A DNA stretch of 64,000 nt from an uncultured Nitrososphaerota archaeon (GCA_963842885.1 CAWJIE010000005.1:256001-320000); one strand, 5' to 3'. Shown: positions 42,647 through 52,403, counted from the first letter of the stretch. Notes: generated from the sequence alone by a model not told the origin. Numbers and translations are program-made.

Positions 42647-43714
42647 ATGATTCCGGAAACAGCTTCGAACGCCGGGGAGCCGGAGTTTCGAAGAACTGAT
42701 TCGAAGAAGGTCGTTCTGGCAGTGTTGACGATTGTGGTGATAGCACTGGGCAGCGGGCTTGGCTATGTCTTGGTACAGTCGTCAAATGAGACTGGGAATC
42801 TGAATCAGACCATCACCTCCCAAAATCAGACCATCGCCTCCCAGAATCAGACCATCACCTCCCAAAATCAGACCATCGCCTCTCAGGAGCAGACACTCGC
42901 TTCACAACGTCAGGCCATCGTTTCCCAGAACTCCGAGATCTCGAGCCAGGCGGCACAGATAGCCAGCGATGGCGCAGAGGTGGCCAGCCTTAATTCCACG
43001 ATTTCCTCCCTTCAGTCCCAATACGCGAGCGATATTGCGCAGTTTGCCAACCTGACTTCGACCATCTCTTCGCTTCAGTCCCAGCTGGAGAGCGACAATG
43101 CACAGGTTGCCAACCTGACTTTGACCATCTCGTCGCTTCAGTCCGAAGTCACGTTGCTAGAGTCTGAGACTACGACCAACGAATCCGAGTTGGCCGCGCT
43201 GATCGCAGGGTACGCTCAGGCCAACCAAACGATCGCAACGCTAGATTCCCAGGCGGCAGCCCTCAACTCGCAGATCGCCATTTTGAACTCTCAGATTGCC
43301 GTCTATCAGGCCCAGGTCTCGTCTCTGAGCAGCCAGGTTTCTTCTCTGCAGGCCATGATCGGACTCTCGAACTCTACCCTGGAACTGAGTCAAGGAACCT
43401 TTTCCACGGGGTCGACGGAAGAAGTGCAGGTAGCCTCCTTTACAACCAGTTATGCCGGCTACATCGCCGTGAGGGTGTCGTCACCAACCGACTACGCAAA
43501 CGAGGGGATTCAGATATACAACAAGTTTGCCTCGAACATCGTGTCACCAAATTACGACAGCGAGTACCTTCCTATGCCTTACTACTTCTTTGACTTCTCC
43601 TCCGCTTCAGACACCCTGATATTCCCCGTGCTCCCGGGTAGCGTCACCGTATACCTTATGACCTCGGACACATCCGCCCAGAGTGCGGTCCTTTCGGTGA
43701 CCTACTACTATTGA
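42647..43714 (+). CDS. Membrane-anchored coiled-coil surface protein
   Basis: Single N-terminal TM, long heptad stalk, beta-rich C-terminal domain. Confidence 0.8.
   Translation: MIPETASNAGEPEFRRTDSKKVVLAVLTIVVIALGSGLGYVLVQSSNETGNLNQTITSQNQTIASQNQTITSQNQTIASQEQTLASQRQAIVSQNSEISSQAAQIASDGAEVASLNSTISSLQSQYASDIAQFANLTSTISSLQSQLESDNAQVANLTLTISSLQSEVTLLESETTTNESELAALIAGYAQANQTIATLDSQAAALNSQIAILNSQIAVYQAQVSSLSSQVSSLQAMIGLSNSTLELSQGTFSTGSTEEVQVASFTTSYAGYIAVRVSSPTDYANEGIQIYNKFASNIVSPNYDSEYLPMPYYFFDFSSASDTLIFPVLPGSVTVYLMTSDTSAQSAVLSVTYYY
42803..42886 (+). repeat. 4 x 21-bp coding tandem repeat (NQTI[T/A]SQ)
   Basis: aatcagaccatc(a/g)cctcyca(a/g) units. Confidence 0.9.
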
Positions 43715-44577
43715 ATCTGTTCGTTTATTGTCGCTGGTCTCCGACCGAGGGTGAGCCTTAGGCAGCTCGTCCTGGCTTGAACCTGATGCCTGAAGTCCTA
43801 GCGCGGCCCCCGGACTTGGTGAGGCGAGGTGTGAAAGACGCATCGAGAGGAAATCGACTATGAAGAGGGTGATTTGGGTGGGCTTCCTTTTGGCGGTCCT
43901 CATATCGACTTCAGGCCATGGTTCCTGGGGAGCTATGTGACGAAGCCTCCGGGAACGTGGTTCATGATCTATTCCCTCGTGGACAGTACCCTGCTGACCT
44001 CCGATGCCGACATCCTTTGAGTCGCCGAGCGATCTGTCGGCGCTGGTTGGCGGGCTGTGAACGTTGTGCCACTGGCCTGCGCCAAGGGAGGCACCCCGAG
44101 TTGTTCGGTTGTCAAATGCTGTGGGATTTCCACCGCGGACGCTCCTTGCCGGTGGAGACAGGCCTTCTATCTCAGATGGCCAAATCGAAGTTTCGCCCAC
44201 AGTCTTCCCGACGCCGGAGTCTAGCCCGGCTGACAAATTCTTCAGCTCGTCTCCAGGCTGAATCCCGCCCACCCCTGCCCCATGGCGAGCGCTAGCCGGC
44301 GGTTTGATGCATCTGAGGAATCTGAGACATTTGCTGAGGCATCTGAGATATTTGCTGATGATGAGGAATATGAGACGAACTACGTCAAAATGAGACGTTG
44401 GGCTTCCATCGAAGGCCCAATCCTCCCGCCTGGCCACCCTCTCTGTCGTTTCGTGCTGCAAAGTTCGCTTCTCTTGAGGTCGTCGGGAGGACACAGCGCC
44501 ATCGCCCCAGGCCTGTTCTCGATTTCTGTCGTCCCATGGCAACTGAGTTTAATAGGATGAGGGGCCATCTGGGAATT

Positions 44578-46209
44578 GTGCCGCCGCCGATACCCCTCGA
44601 AGTCAAGATAAGCATTCTGCGGAAGCATTTCGAGGGGTACGAAAACGAGGAGATACCTCATGGCAGGACGAAGGGCGGTGGCACTGTCACGAACGTCTTA
44701 AAGGAGTTTGAGAGTGAAGCTATGGTAGATTGGGAGGACGCGATAGATAAGTACGAAGTCAGAGATTTACTGGAGAACCTCTACGACCTGTCCAAGGCCT
44801 TGAAGGAGGCCGACGTCGCCCCCGAGGAGGCGATCGAAGGCGTCGAATTGGCCTCGACCCTGAAGGAGGCTGGCGTGACTCAGAAGCAGACGGAGTCATT
44901 CCTGAAGAAGCTGGTCAGGCAGGAGTCGAAGTATCCGGTCGATGTGATAGTGAAGGGGGCCGCCGAGCTCTACGACCTCGAGCTGGCCTACAAGAAGAAG
45001 TACCCGACCCTCCTGCATGACTTCAAGGCCAAGGGGGAGGAGTACAGGAAGCTGGAGGATTCCGTGGAGGTTCTCGGTGGGCAGAAGAGGGAGGCGGCTG
45101 CCGAGCTCGATAAGACTCTGCGTGCGAACGAGGTCACGAGGACGGACCTCAAGCAGTTCGTGGAGGCAAGGGATACGCTGCAGCGCTGCGGGGTGACGGT
45201 CGACGACCTGCCCAAGGTCGGGAGGATCATCGTCAACATGAAGGAGGGGGGGTTCGACGTGAAGAAGGTCATCGAGAGCTTCTCTCAGGAGCAGTCCCTC
45301 AAAGTGAGGACCGCCAGCGCCCAGTCCGAGCTGGCAGCCCTCGAGAGCAGGAAGGCCCCCCTCGAAGAGGCAAGAGAGCTCTACGAGAGGTTGACGTCCT
45401 ACGGATTCTCCATCGAATACATGAGTGCTCTGGCGAAGATAGCGTCGCATTACAAGGAGCCCGCAAAGTTCGCATCCGAGGTGGCCCAGGCCTACCAAGA
45501 ATATGGCCAACTCCTCGGCTTGATGGGCAAGCTGCATGGGCTTCAGGAGGAGATGATGATTATGGAGCTCAGTAAGCAAAGGGAGGAGGAGAAGAGCAAG
45601 CTCTCAAGGGCGGCTATCGCATCGATGCTCGAGCTGAAGAACCACGGCATCAAGGAGAACGAAATCGTGCTGATAGACGAAGTGATCAAGCAATACAAGA
45701 CCACCGAAGAGACGCTGGAGGCCATCTCGAGGCTGATGAAGCTGGACAACCTCTCTCAGCTGATTGACGAGAAGGCGGCCGAGCTCAGGGAGGTCAAAGG
45801 CCAGCTCGTCCAAGCGAACGCGAATATGGAGGCCCTTGATTCCCGGATGGACTCTCTCGAGGACCGGCTCGGGAGTCTTCCGGATGCATTGGCCACGGCT
45901 GAGGGGTTCATCGTGAGCACCCAGGAGTCCTACACCAAGAAGGCAGAAGAGATGGTGAGGACGGCGGTGGAGGCGGGCAAGAAGTACCAAGAGCGGATCC
46001 AGGAATACGAGTCCAAGAAGCAGTACATCCTCCTCGCCGTCCTTCTCGATAGGCCCTCGGAGGCGGACAGGGCATTTGTGAAGGCCTTCACTCTGGAGTA
46101 CCTGGACAAGATGTTGAAGTGGGCAGCCACAGCCAAAGGCGTAGTCAGCCCCTTGAACCTGCAGGGCGCGATCAAGGAGTTCCGGGGTGCGGTGGAAAAG
46201 CTCGCTTGA
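44578..46209 (+). CDS. Long coiled-coil protein with possible N-terminal HTH
   Basis: E/K-rich heptads; TTTAATA box at ~44548 supports a GTG start at 44578. Confidence 0.75.
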   Translation: MPPPIPLEVKISILRKHFEGYENEEIPHGRTKGGGTVTNVLKEFESEAMVDWEDAIDKYEVRDLLENLYDLSKALKEADVAPEEAIEGVELASTLKEAGVTQKQTESFLKKLVRQESKYPVDVIVKGAAELYDLELAYKKKYPTLLHDFKAKGEEYRKLEDSVEVLGGQKREAAAELDKTLRANEVTRTDLKQFVEARDTLQRCGVTVDDLPKVGRIIVNMKEGGFDVKKVIESFSQEQSLKVRTASAQSELAALESRKAPLEEARELYERLTSYGFSIEYMSALAKIASHYKEPAKFASEVAQAYQEYGQLLGLMGKLHGLQEEMMIMELSKQREEEKSKLSRAAIASMLELKNHGIKENEIVLIDEVIKQYKTTEETLEAISRLMKLDNLSQLIDEKAAELREVKGQLVQANANMEALDSRMDSLEDRLGSLPDALATAEGFIVSTQESYTKKAEEMVRTAVEAGKKYQERIQEYESKKQYILLAVLLDRPSEADRAFVKAFTLEYLDKMLKWAATAKGVVSPLNLQGAIKEFRGAVEKLA

Positions 46210-46877
46210 CACAGGGAGACCTCGTAATCGAGTATTCTGAGGCCCTGGACATGTATGTCGGCGCCTTCGGTTGGCTGGACGTGCTCCTTGCGCACACATC
46301 GGAGGCAATCCGCCGGTACGGGTCGCGAGAATTTGACGACAGTTGCTCTAGGGCTCAGGAAGCGGCGATGCTCATGGTTGAAGAGGAGCGACAAATGAAG
46401 GCCAACGACCAGACGGTCGATAAGCTAATGAAGATCTATGGAGACCTTTCGGGGGCTCGAGTCGAGGGTGAAGCCCCAAGGGTGGCTGCCAACATCAAAG
46501 AGGTCTTCGGGACTCCCAAGGCGAAGACCTATAGCAACGTCAAGCTGCTGGTGACGAGGGACGCGGTGGAGGCGGTCAACATCAGCGCGAAGTCTAGGGG
46601 CTCCGGCCTTGCCGAGGAGGAGGTCGAGCAGGAACAGCGGGCTCGAGGTGACCTCGTCGCCTTGGAGGAACTGGAGGCGTTCAGAAAGGAAGTCCGCCTG
46701 CACGTGTTCTTGGATGATGACGGGAGCGGTCACTTCATCTGCCCCAACTGCGATTCCGTCTTCAGCGACAGGTGCCGCACCTGTGGCAAGACCAGGGAGG
46801 AGCTCCTTGGTGGCGCACAGGTCCTCAAATCAGACAGAGCAATTGCTGTGAGAGGGTCCGGTCCCGTCAGCGGTTAG
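46206..46877 (+). CDS. Hypothetical protein with C-terminal Zn ribbon
   Basis: 'CPNCD...CRTCG'; TTG start overlaps the upstream stop. Confidence 0.65.
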   Translation: MTQGDLVIEYSEALDMYVGAFGWLDVLLAHTSEAIRRYGSREFDDSCSRAQEAAMLMVEEERQMKANDQTVDKLMKIYGDLSGARVEGEAPRVAANIKEVFGTPKAKTYSNVKLLVTRDAVEAVNISAKSRGSGLAEEEVEQEQRARGDLVALEELEAFRKEVRLHVFLDDDGSGHFICPNCDSVFSDRCRTCGKTREELLGGAQVLKSDRAIAVRGSGPVSG

Positions 46878-47067
46878 CACCGGGCTCCTGCACCAAAGTC
46901 CTTTCGCAGCACTACTTGGCCGGCAACGGCCACGCCGCACCCAAATCCAGTAGCGGCCTTCTCTGTTTGAACAAAGAGCTCAGTGGGTTTCTCACATGAC
47001 GCATTAGCTAGCGTAACCGTTAAAAAGTGGGGACTGTCACATCTCGCGTAGAATCAGGTTAATTCAA

Positions 47068-47352
47068 ATGGCCAAGGATCAGTCTCTGGGCGCGCTCATC
47101 CTCGTCGTCAGCATCATCGGCATCATACTCTATGGCTATCTGGTCTTCTTCTGGAGGTCTCTAGTGGTCTTGGAGGTCACGGCCTTCCTGGCCATCCTCG
47201 GCGTGCTGGGCATCCTCGCCTGGATAGGTTACACTCTGGCCACCACACCGCCTCCGCAGCCCATAGAGGAGATCGAGAAGGAGCTGCAGGAGGAGGCGAA
47301 GAAGGCCTCAGGGGAGGCGGCGCCTGCATCCCCTCCCCCGACGCAGAAGTAG
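47068..47352 (+). CDS. Two-TM small membrane protein
   Basis: 'KDQSLGALIL...WIGYTLATTPPPQPIEEIE'; TTAAAAA box at ~47020. Confidence 0.8.
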   Translation: MAKDQSLGALILVVSIIGIILYGYLVFFWRSLVVLEVTAFLAILGVLGILAWIGYTLATTPPPQPIEEIEKELQEEAKKASGEAAPASPPPTQK

Positions 47353-47813
47353 GAACTCATACCATTGTTGACTCCTCCGCTCCAGCGTCAGGACTGTCTG
47401 ATGCCAGGGGCTCCGCGGCAGGATTCAGTCTTCAGCTCCAGACCTGAGTGATGGCGCCCAAGAGCTGCGACATCGACAATGCCAGGGTGGCCTCTGAGGG
47501 CTCGTGATGGATGGCTCGTGTAGATGCTGTGAATTTGGTAGATAATGGTTACGCTTTTAGATTATTAGACGCCCGAAAAATCCTACAAACCCCTTAGGTC
47601 GAGTCAGCCGTTAAAAGGGCTTGGCGACAGCCTACTGTCAGGAGCGGGTGCAATGCCGAGGGTGAAGAATGTTGTCGCAGCCCTTGTCCTAGCAACGCGA
47701 AGGAACCTTGTGGAGCTGAGGCTCCAGATGAGGTACATCCGCCCGCCCATGACCTGCTGGCCTTTCATCACAGTCAGCGGCTGGGCTGAGAAGGGTCTAT
47801 CGGAGGGAACCAC

Positions 47814-48032
47814 TTGACCAAGGAGATGGAAGAAGTAAGAAACAACTTCTTCACCTTCGAATGGATCTGTCGCGACCCCGCCTGCGTGGACGAGGGTTAC
47901 CTCCACAGGAAGCGGGTCAGGGCGCAGAGCCTAGAGAGGGCCAGATCCCTGGCGCAGAAGATGAGCATCCCCCAGGACGCCAAGGTAATTGAAGAGGTCG
48001 AGGAGAAGCTCAAGATGCTTATCCTCTGGTGA
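47814..48032 (+). CDS. Small Cys/His protein, copy 2
   Basis: 'FTFEWICRDPACVDEGYLHRKR'. Confidence 0.7.
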   Translation: MTKEMEEVRNNFFTFEWICRDPACVDEGYLHRKRVRAQSLERARSLAQKMSIPQDAKVIEEVEEKLKMLILW

Positions 48033-48479
48033 GCCGTAGCCTTAGGGCTTTCGATACAGTCCTGCAGCGTGTTCGTCTGGCGCCAGAGCCTGAAACGACG
48101 AGCCACTTGCCCGGCCGTCGAATCATCCTCTGCTTTTCGGACTTTGCTTCCTTAGTGAAGCGCTCACGATGGACAGGCCACGGCTGTCGCTCGCCCGAAT
48201 GAAAGACCATCCAAGTTGCAGGATCCTTTTTGCATATCCGATACAACCGACGGTGAAGAACGAATGGCTGGCCCGGTGGGATCAGTATCCGTCTGGGTTC
48301 GTTATTGAACTCGTTTCAATCAGATTCCAGAAGGCAATCGAAGGTCCAGTCTTCTATCACGAGTCAAGCCGGCACACTCCAAATCGTAGCCAATGCATCC
48401 AAGGTTGTTCTATGGTTTAAGCGCGATTGAGGAACCAAACACAAGGAAGCAACAAGTGATGTATCTGAGGATCCCCAGC

Positions 48480-48773
48480 CTAGACCATTCCAAATGTGAT
48501 TTGAGCGAGCAGTATCAGAAGCACTAGCGAAACTATGAAGATTAACGATAATACCTTCCATCCTTTACTCATTCCTGAACCCCATATCAAGCCCAAACCG
48601 AAGGCTGTGAATCCGAGAGCGATGTCTTCATGATGCAAGACATCCTTCACTTGTATTAGGATTCCTATCTCGAAGTATTGTAGCAGCAAGACAACCCACG
48701 CCACCAAGAAACAGAACGTAGCAGCTATGGCCACCCTATTCGAACCCCGGCCCCCATGCCAAAAGCGCATCAT
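48480..48773 (-). CDS. Small three-TM membrane protein
   Basis: Hydrophobic ORF with 'LHHED'; visibly lower GC than flanks; replaces the body of the relic integrase. Confidence 0.55.
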   Translation of the reverse strand: MMRFWHGGRGSNRVAIAATFCFLVAWVVLLLQYFEIGILIQVKDVLHHEDIALGFTAFGLGLIWGSGMSKGWKVLSLIFIVSLVLLILLAQITFGMV

Positions 48774-48837
48774 GAATGAAATCTGACAGGGGAATGCAGA
48801 TAAAGATTGCCGAGCCTGCCTAGGAGCATCCATCTGA

Positions 48838-49113
48838 CTATCTGCCCGCTCCTTCTGAGAATCGCATGTACTCGTTGGTGGCGAGGGTAGCCCACTGGTT
48901 ATCCACCTTAGCCCTCCTCGCAAAGCTGGAGGCACCTGCACTGAACGTCGAGCCTTCTACCTTGATGTGCTTGAGGAAGAGGTCCAGCCTTCTTTCGCGT
49001 ATTCCTCCTTCGTGACCGAGGAATTCGTGGCGTCATGGAACTCTGTCAAAGGGTCCGTCTGTTCCGGCTCCACAACCTCAGTAGCTAAGGAATCCTATCT
49101 AGGAACTCAAACA
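48838..49113 (-). pseudogene. Integrase 5' remnant and leader
   Basis: Colinear nucleotide similarity to 38343..38613 with indels. Confidence 0.85.
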
Positions 49114-49114
49114 G

Positions 49115-49193
49115 TGGCGGGCCCGGTGGGATTCGAACCCACGACCACGAGCTTCGGAGGCTCGCACCCTAATCCAGACTAGGCTACGGGTCC
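49115..49193 (-). tRNA. tRNA-Arg(CCG), CCA encoded, intronless
   Basis: GGACCCG-TA-GCCT-AGTCTGGATTA-GGGT-G-CGAGC-CTCCGAA-GCTCG-TGGTC-GTGGG-TTCGAAT-CCCAC-CGGGCCC-G-CCA; A20 present. Confidence 0.95.
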
Positions 49194-49386
49194 AACATGG
49201 GGTACAAAGCGCACCTTGAAATGCTTTGGCCCTGGGATCGTGGGCTAATGACCTCCGGCGCCCATCGTCGTCACATGAATTGGCGGCTCGATCGCAGCTG
49301 TCTCCCTACGATTTGCCTTTCCAACTATGAAACGTCTCGCGGCCCACCAAAAGTTAAATAGCCCTGCGAGTGTCCTAGCTACGGAT

Positions 49387-50385
49387 TTGAAGGGGCTGAA
49401 CGCGGAGTCCGAGCTCTCGATGTCTTGGGTCGTTCGGAACTTCGCCTACGAGAAGCTCACCAAGGTAGTCTCCATCCAGGAGAGGTTCTCGAACCACTAC
49501 TTCTTCGATCCGCCCATCGACAAGGAGATAACCGTCCCCTTCGCCAACATCCTCAACGCGCTCACAGTCCTCGAGAACTGGGGCTACATGAGCAGCTCGA
49601 AGTCCGTCACGCGCTACTGCGTCGAATGCTTCACCATGGGGCTCAACGTGGCCGGGAGGTGCCCCTTCTGCGGCTCCACTCGCATCAGGAAGGGGAAGAT
49701 CTTCGCCCACAAGTGCGGCTACAGGGGGTTCGAGGAGATCTTCCGCATGGGCGACAAGTGGGTCTGCCCGAAGTGCCAGAAGCAGCTCTACATGGAGGGA
49801 GGCGACTACAAGGACGAAGGAGGCCAGTTCAAGTGCATGACCTGCGGGAACATCTTCGAGAAGTTCGCCACCTTCTACCAGTGCCCCAACTGCCACACCT
49901 ACTACGAAGAGGAGCAGGCGCCCTCCATCGAGTTCATCACCTACAGCCCCACCAACACCATGATCACCAGGAAGGCGACCCTGAAGAGCGCCTACAACGT
50001 CACCGAGAGGGTGGCCCAGTACCTGCAGAAGTCCGGCTTCGAGCCGAAGATGTATTCGCTGATGGAGATGAAGGAGGAGTTCTTCTTCTGGGACGTGATA
50101 GCGAAGAAGGAGGCCAACGAGCCGGGGGCCGCCATAGGCGTGAACACCCTCCCGCTCTTCGACATCATCGACGAGGACTTCGTCAAGGAGCTCATCGAGA
50201 AGAAGGAGAGGTGCGACTTCCACTCGGTCCTCTACATCACGCCCGCCCAGGTGGCGAAGGAGTTCGTCGCGAAGCTGAAGGCCAAGAACATCTTCATCGT
50301 GGACCCCAGGTTCGAGACTCTCATGAATGAGGAGGTCCTGAAGGAATACATCAGTCCGCTGCTTAAGGTGGACAAGGGGCGCTGA
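49387..50385 (+). CDS. TackOD1-like multi-zinc-finger protein
   Basis: 'CPFCGS..I.KG...HKCG...CPKC...DY....FKC..CG..F....CPNC'; TATA box at ~49354 suggests a TTG start at 49387. Confidence 0.75.
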   Translation: MKGLNAESELSMSWVVRNFAYEKLTKVVSIQERFSNHYFFDPPIDKEITVPFANILNALTVLENWGYMSSSKSVTRYCVECFTMGLNVAGRCPFCGSTRIRKGKIFAHKCGYRGFEEIFRMGDKWVCPKCQKQLYMEGGDYKDEGGQFKCMTCGNIFEKFATFYQCPNCHTYYEEEQAPSIEFITYSPTNTMITRKATLKSAYNVTERVAQYLQKSGFEPKMYSLMEMKEEFFFWDVIAKKEANEPGAAIGVNTLPLFDIIDEDFVKELIEKKERCDFHSVLYITPAQVAKEFVAKLKAKNIFIVDPRFETLMNEEVLKEYISPLLKVDKGR

Positions 50386-50399
50386 CGCGCCCCCCGATT

Positions 50400-52403
50400 C
50401 TAGAATTCTGAAGACTTCTTGCTCAGCTGAGAGTAGGCCTTGCGTCCCTGGGGCGTTATCGTCACCATCGTCTTGAAGCCTCCCTTCTCGCTCTTCTGCT
50501 GCACGGTCGCGTGGCCGATCTTCGTGAGTATCCCGAGGATCTTCTCGAACTCGTTGGCGTCAAGGCCGGTGCTCTGCAGGAGTAGTGGTCTGGTCGACGG
50601 GGTCGTTGGCATCGGAGAGGCTCTTCAGGATCTTGAAGCTGCCGGACTCCAGGAACCTCAGAGGCGGGGCGACGGGCATGGCGGCGGCCGCTGGGGCGTT
50701 CATCTCCCCCATCTTCGGCATCCCGCTTCGACGGCGGCGGTCCCTCCTCCCTCCACCGTCGGGGACCTCCTTGATCGGCTCCACTTCGATGTTGAGCCTG
50801 CGGAAGAGGCCCTTCGCGTCCACGTAGTATTCCGTGACGTACTTGAAGACCTCCTTCACGTTTCGGACGTTGTTCCCCTGCATCCATCTCAGCAGGGCGC
50901 GCCTCTTCTGTATCTCTTCGAGCATGTCGCCGAAGCTCCTCCCGGTCCTGTAGGCGAACCTGTGAAGCATGACCGACCTCTTGGTGTAGTTGTAGTAGAG
51001 GTCCTCGGTGGGCGACCACTCGAAGACGGGGACGTACTTGTTGAAGTCCTCCACCTCCCAGACGGTGGTGATGCGCCTGCCGAAGGGGACGCCAGCCACG
51101 GTCTTGGGGAGCATGACCCTCTCGAGCATGACGGCCACGTTCATCAGGGGTATGTAGCTCTCCGCGACGTTCATGGGCGGGCTGGTGAGCCTCTTCACGG
51201 CCGAATCGAACGATTCACCGTGTATCGTGCAGAGGCCTCCGTGGCCCGTGGCCACGGCCTGGAAGAGGACGAAGGCCTCCTCGCCCCTGACCTCTCCTAC
51301 GACGAGGAAGTCAGGCCTGTACCTGAGGGAGGTCTTGATGAGGTCGAAGAGGGAGACCTCGCCTATCTTGGAGCCGGACATGCCGTAGCTCTCCCTGCTG
51401 GTGAACTGCACCCAGTTCTCGGTGGGGATGTTGATCTCTGCGGTCTCCTCCACCGTGACGACCTTGTAGCCTGGCTTGATGAGGCCCGCTATGGCGTTGA
51501 GGAGGGTGGTCTTCCCCGCGGCCGTGCCCCCGATGATGAGCATCGAGGCCCTGTTCTCCATCATGAGCCAGAAGTAGGCGCTGATTTCGTCGTTGACGGT
51601 GCCCAGGTTCATGAGGTCTATGACCGAATACGGCTCCTCCCTGAACTTCCTGATGGTGAAGGTCGAGCCCTTGGGCGACACCTCCTCCCTGAAGCTGGCC
51701 GCCAGCCTGTGCTTCCCGAAGATCATGGCGTCGACGATGGGGAAGGCCGATGAGACGTGCTTCCCGGACTTGTGGGCCAGCTTGACTATGAAGTCGTCGA
51801 GCATCTCCTTGTCGACGAACTTGACGTTGGTGGGGATGGACTCGTACCTCCTGTGCCAGACGTACAGGGGGGCCATGACGCCGTCGCAGGAGATGTCCTC
51901 TATCCTCCAGTCGGCCATGATGGCGTGTATGGGGCCGTAGCCGAGGAGGTCCCTTTCGAGGTAGTAGAATATCTTGTCCCTCGTCTCGGGGTTCCTGAGC
52001 CTTGCGAACCTGCGGCTGTACTTGTCAAGGATCCTCTTGGCCTCCTTGAGGACGGCCTTCCTGATGTCCTCCTCCTTCCCGATGGCCATCGGGTTGATTT
52101 CAACCGACACGAAAGAGATGACCTTGTCGAGAAGCTTCTGCTCGCCGGGGGTCAGCTGGACCTCCTGGACGAAATACTGCAGGGAGCCTCCCTGCTCCGG
52201 CATCTTGGCGATGGCGATGCCCGCGAACGGCTCCCTCACCCAGTACTTCTCGATCACCTGGGCGGACTCGGGGAGCGGGTCAAGAATGTATCCCCACGGG
52301 GCCGAAGTTTGAGTTTCTCCAACGGCGTCAGGTTGGCCTTTGCTTCAGCCTCAGCCGCCGCTACCTTTTTCTTGTTCGCGAACAGGCCCTTCAGACTTTG
52401 CAT
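50400..52403 (-). CDS. Type IV pilus/secretion ATPase (VirB11/TadA/FlaI family) with C-terminal wHTH (frameshifts ~52300 and ~50580)
   Basis: 'IEDISCDG', 'TIRKF', Walker A 'GGTAAGKTT', 'RYRPD..VVGEVRGEE', 'TGH..CTIH'. Confidence 0.92.

Larger units (their letters stand above)
38614..49133. mobile_element. 10.5-kb integrated element at tRNA-Arg with a relic integrase
   Basis: Flanking 20-bp att repeats, integrase remnant at the tRNA end, accessory cargo. Confidence 0.75.

Noticed and set aside
42803-42886. CRISPR-like repeats
   Set aside because: No spacers; the repeats are in-frame coding heptads
43607-44560. ORFs 43607..44542(-) and neighbours
   Set aside because: Unnatural composition, overlap with real genes, no motifs
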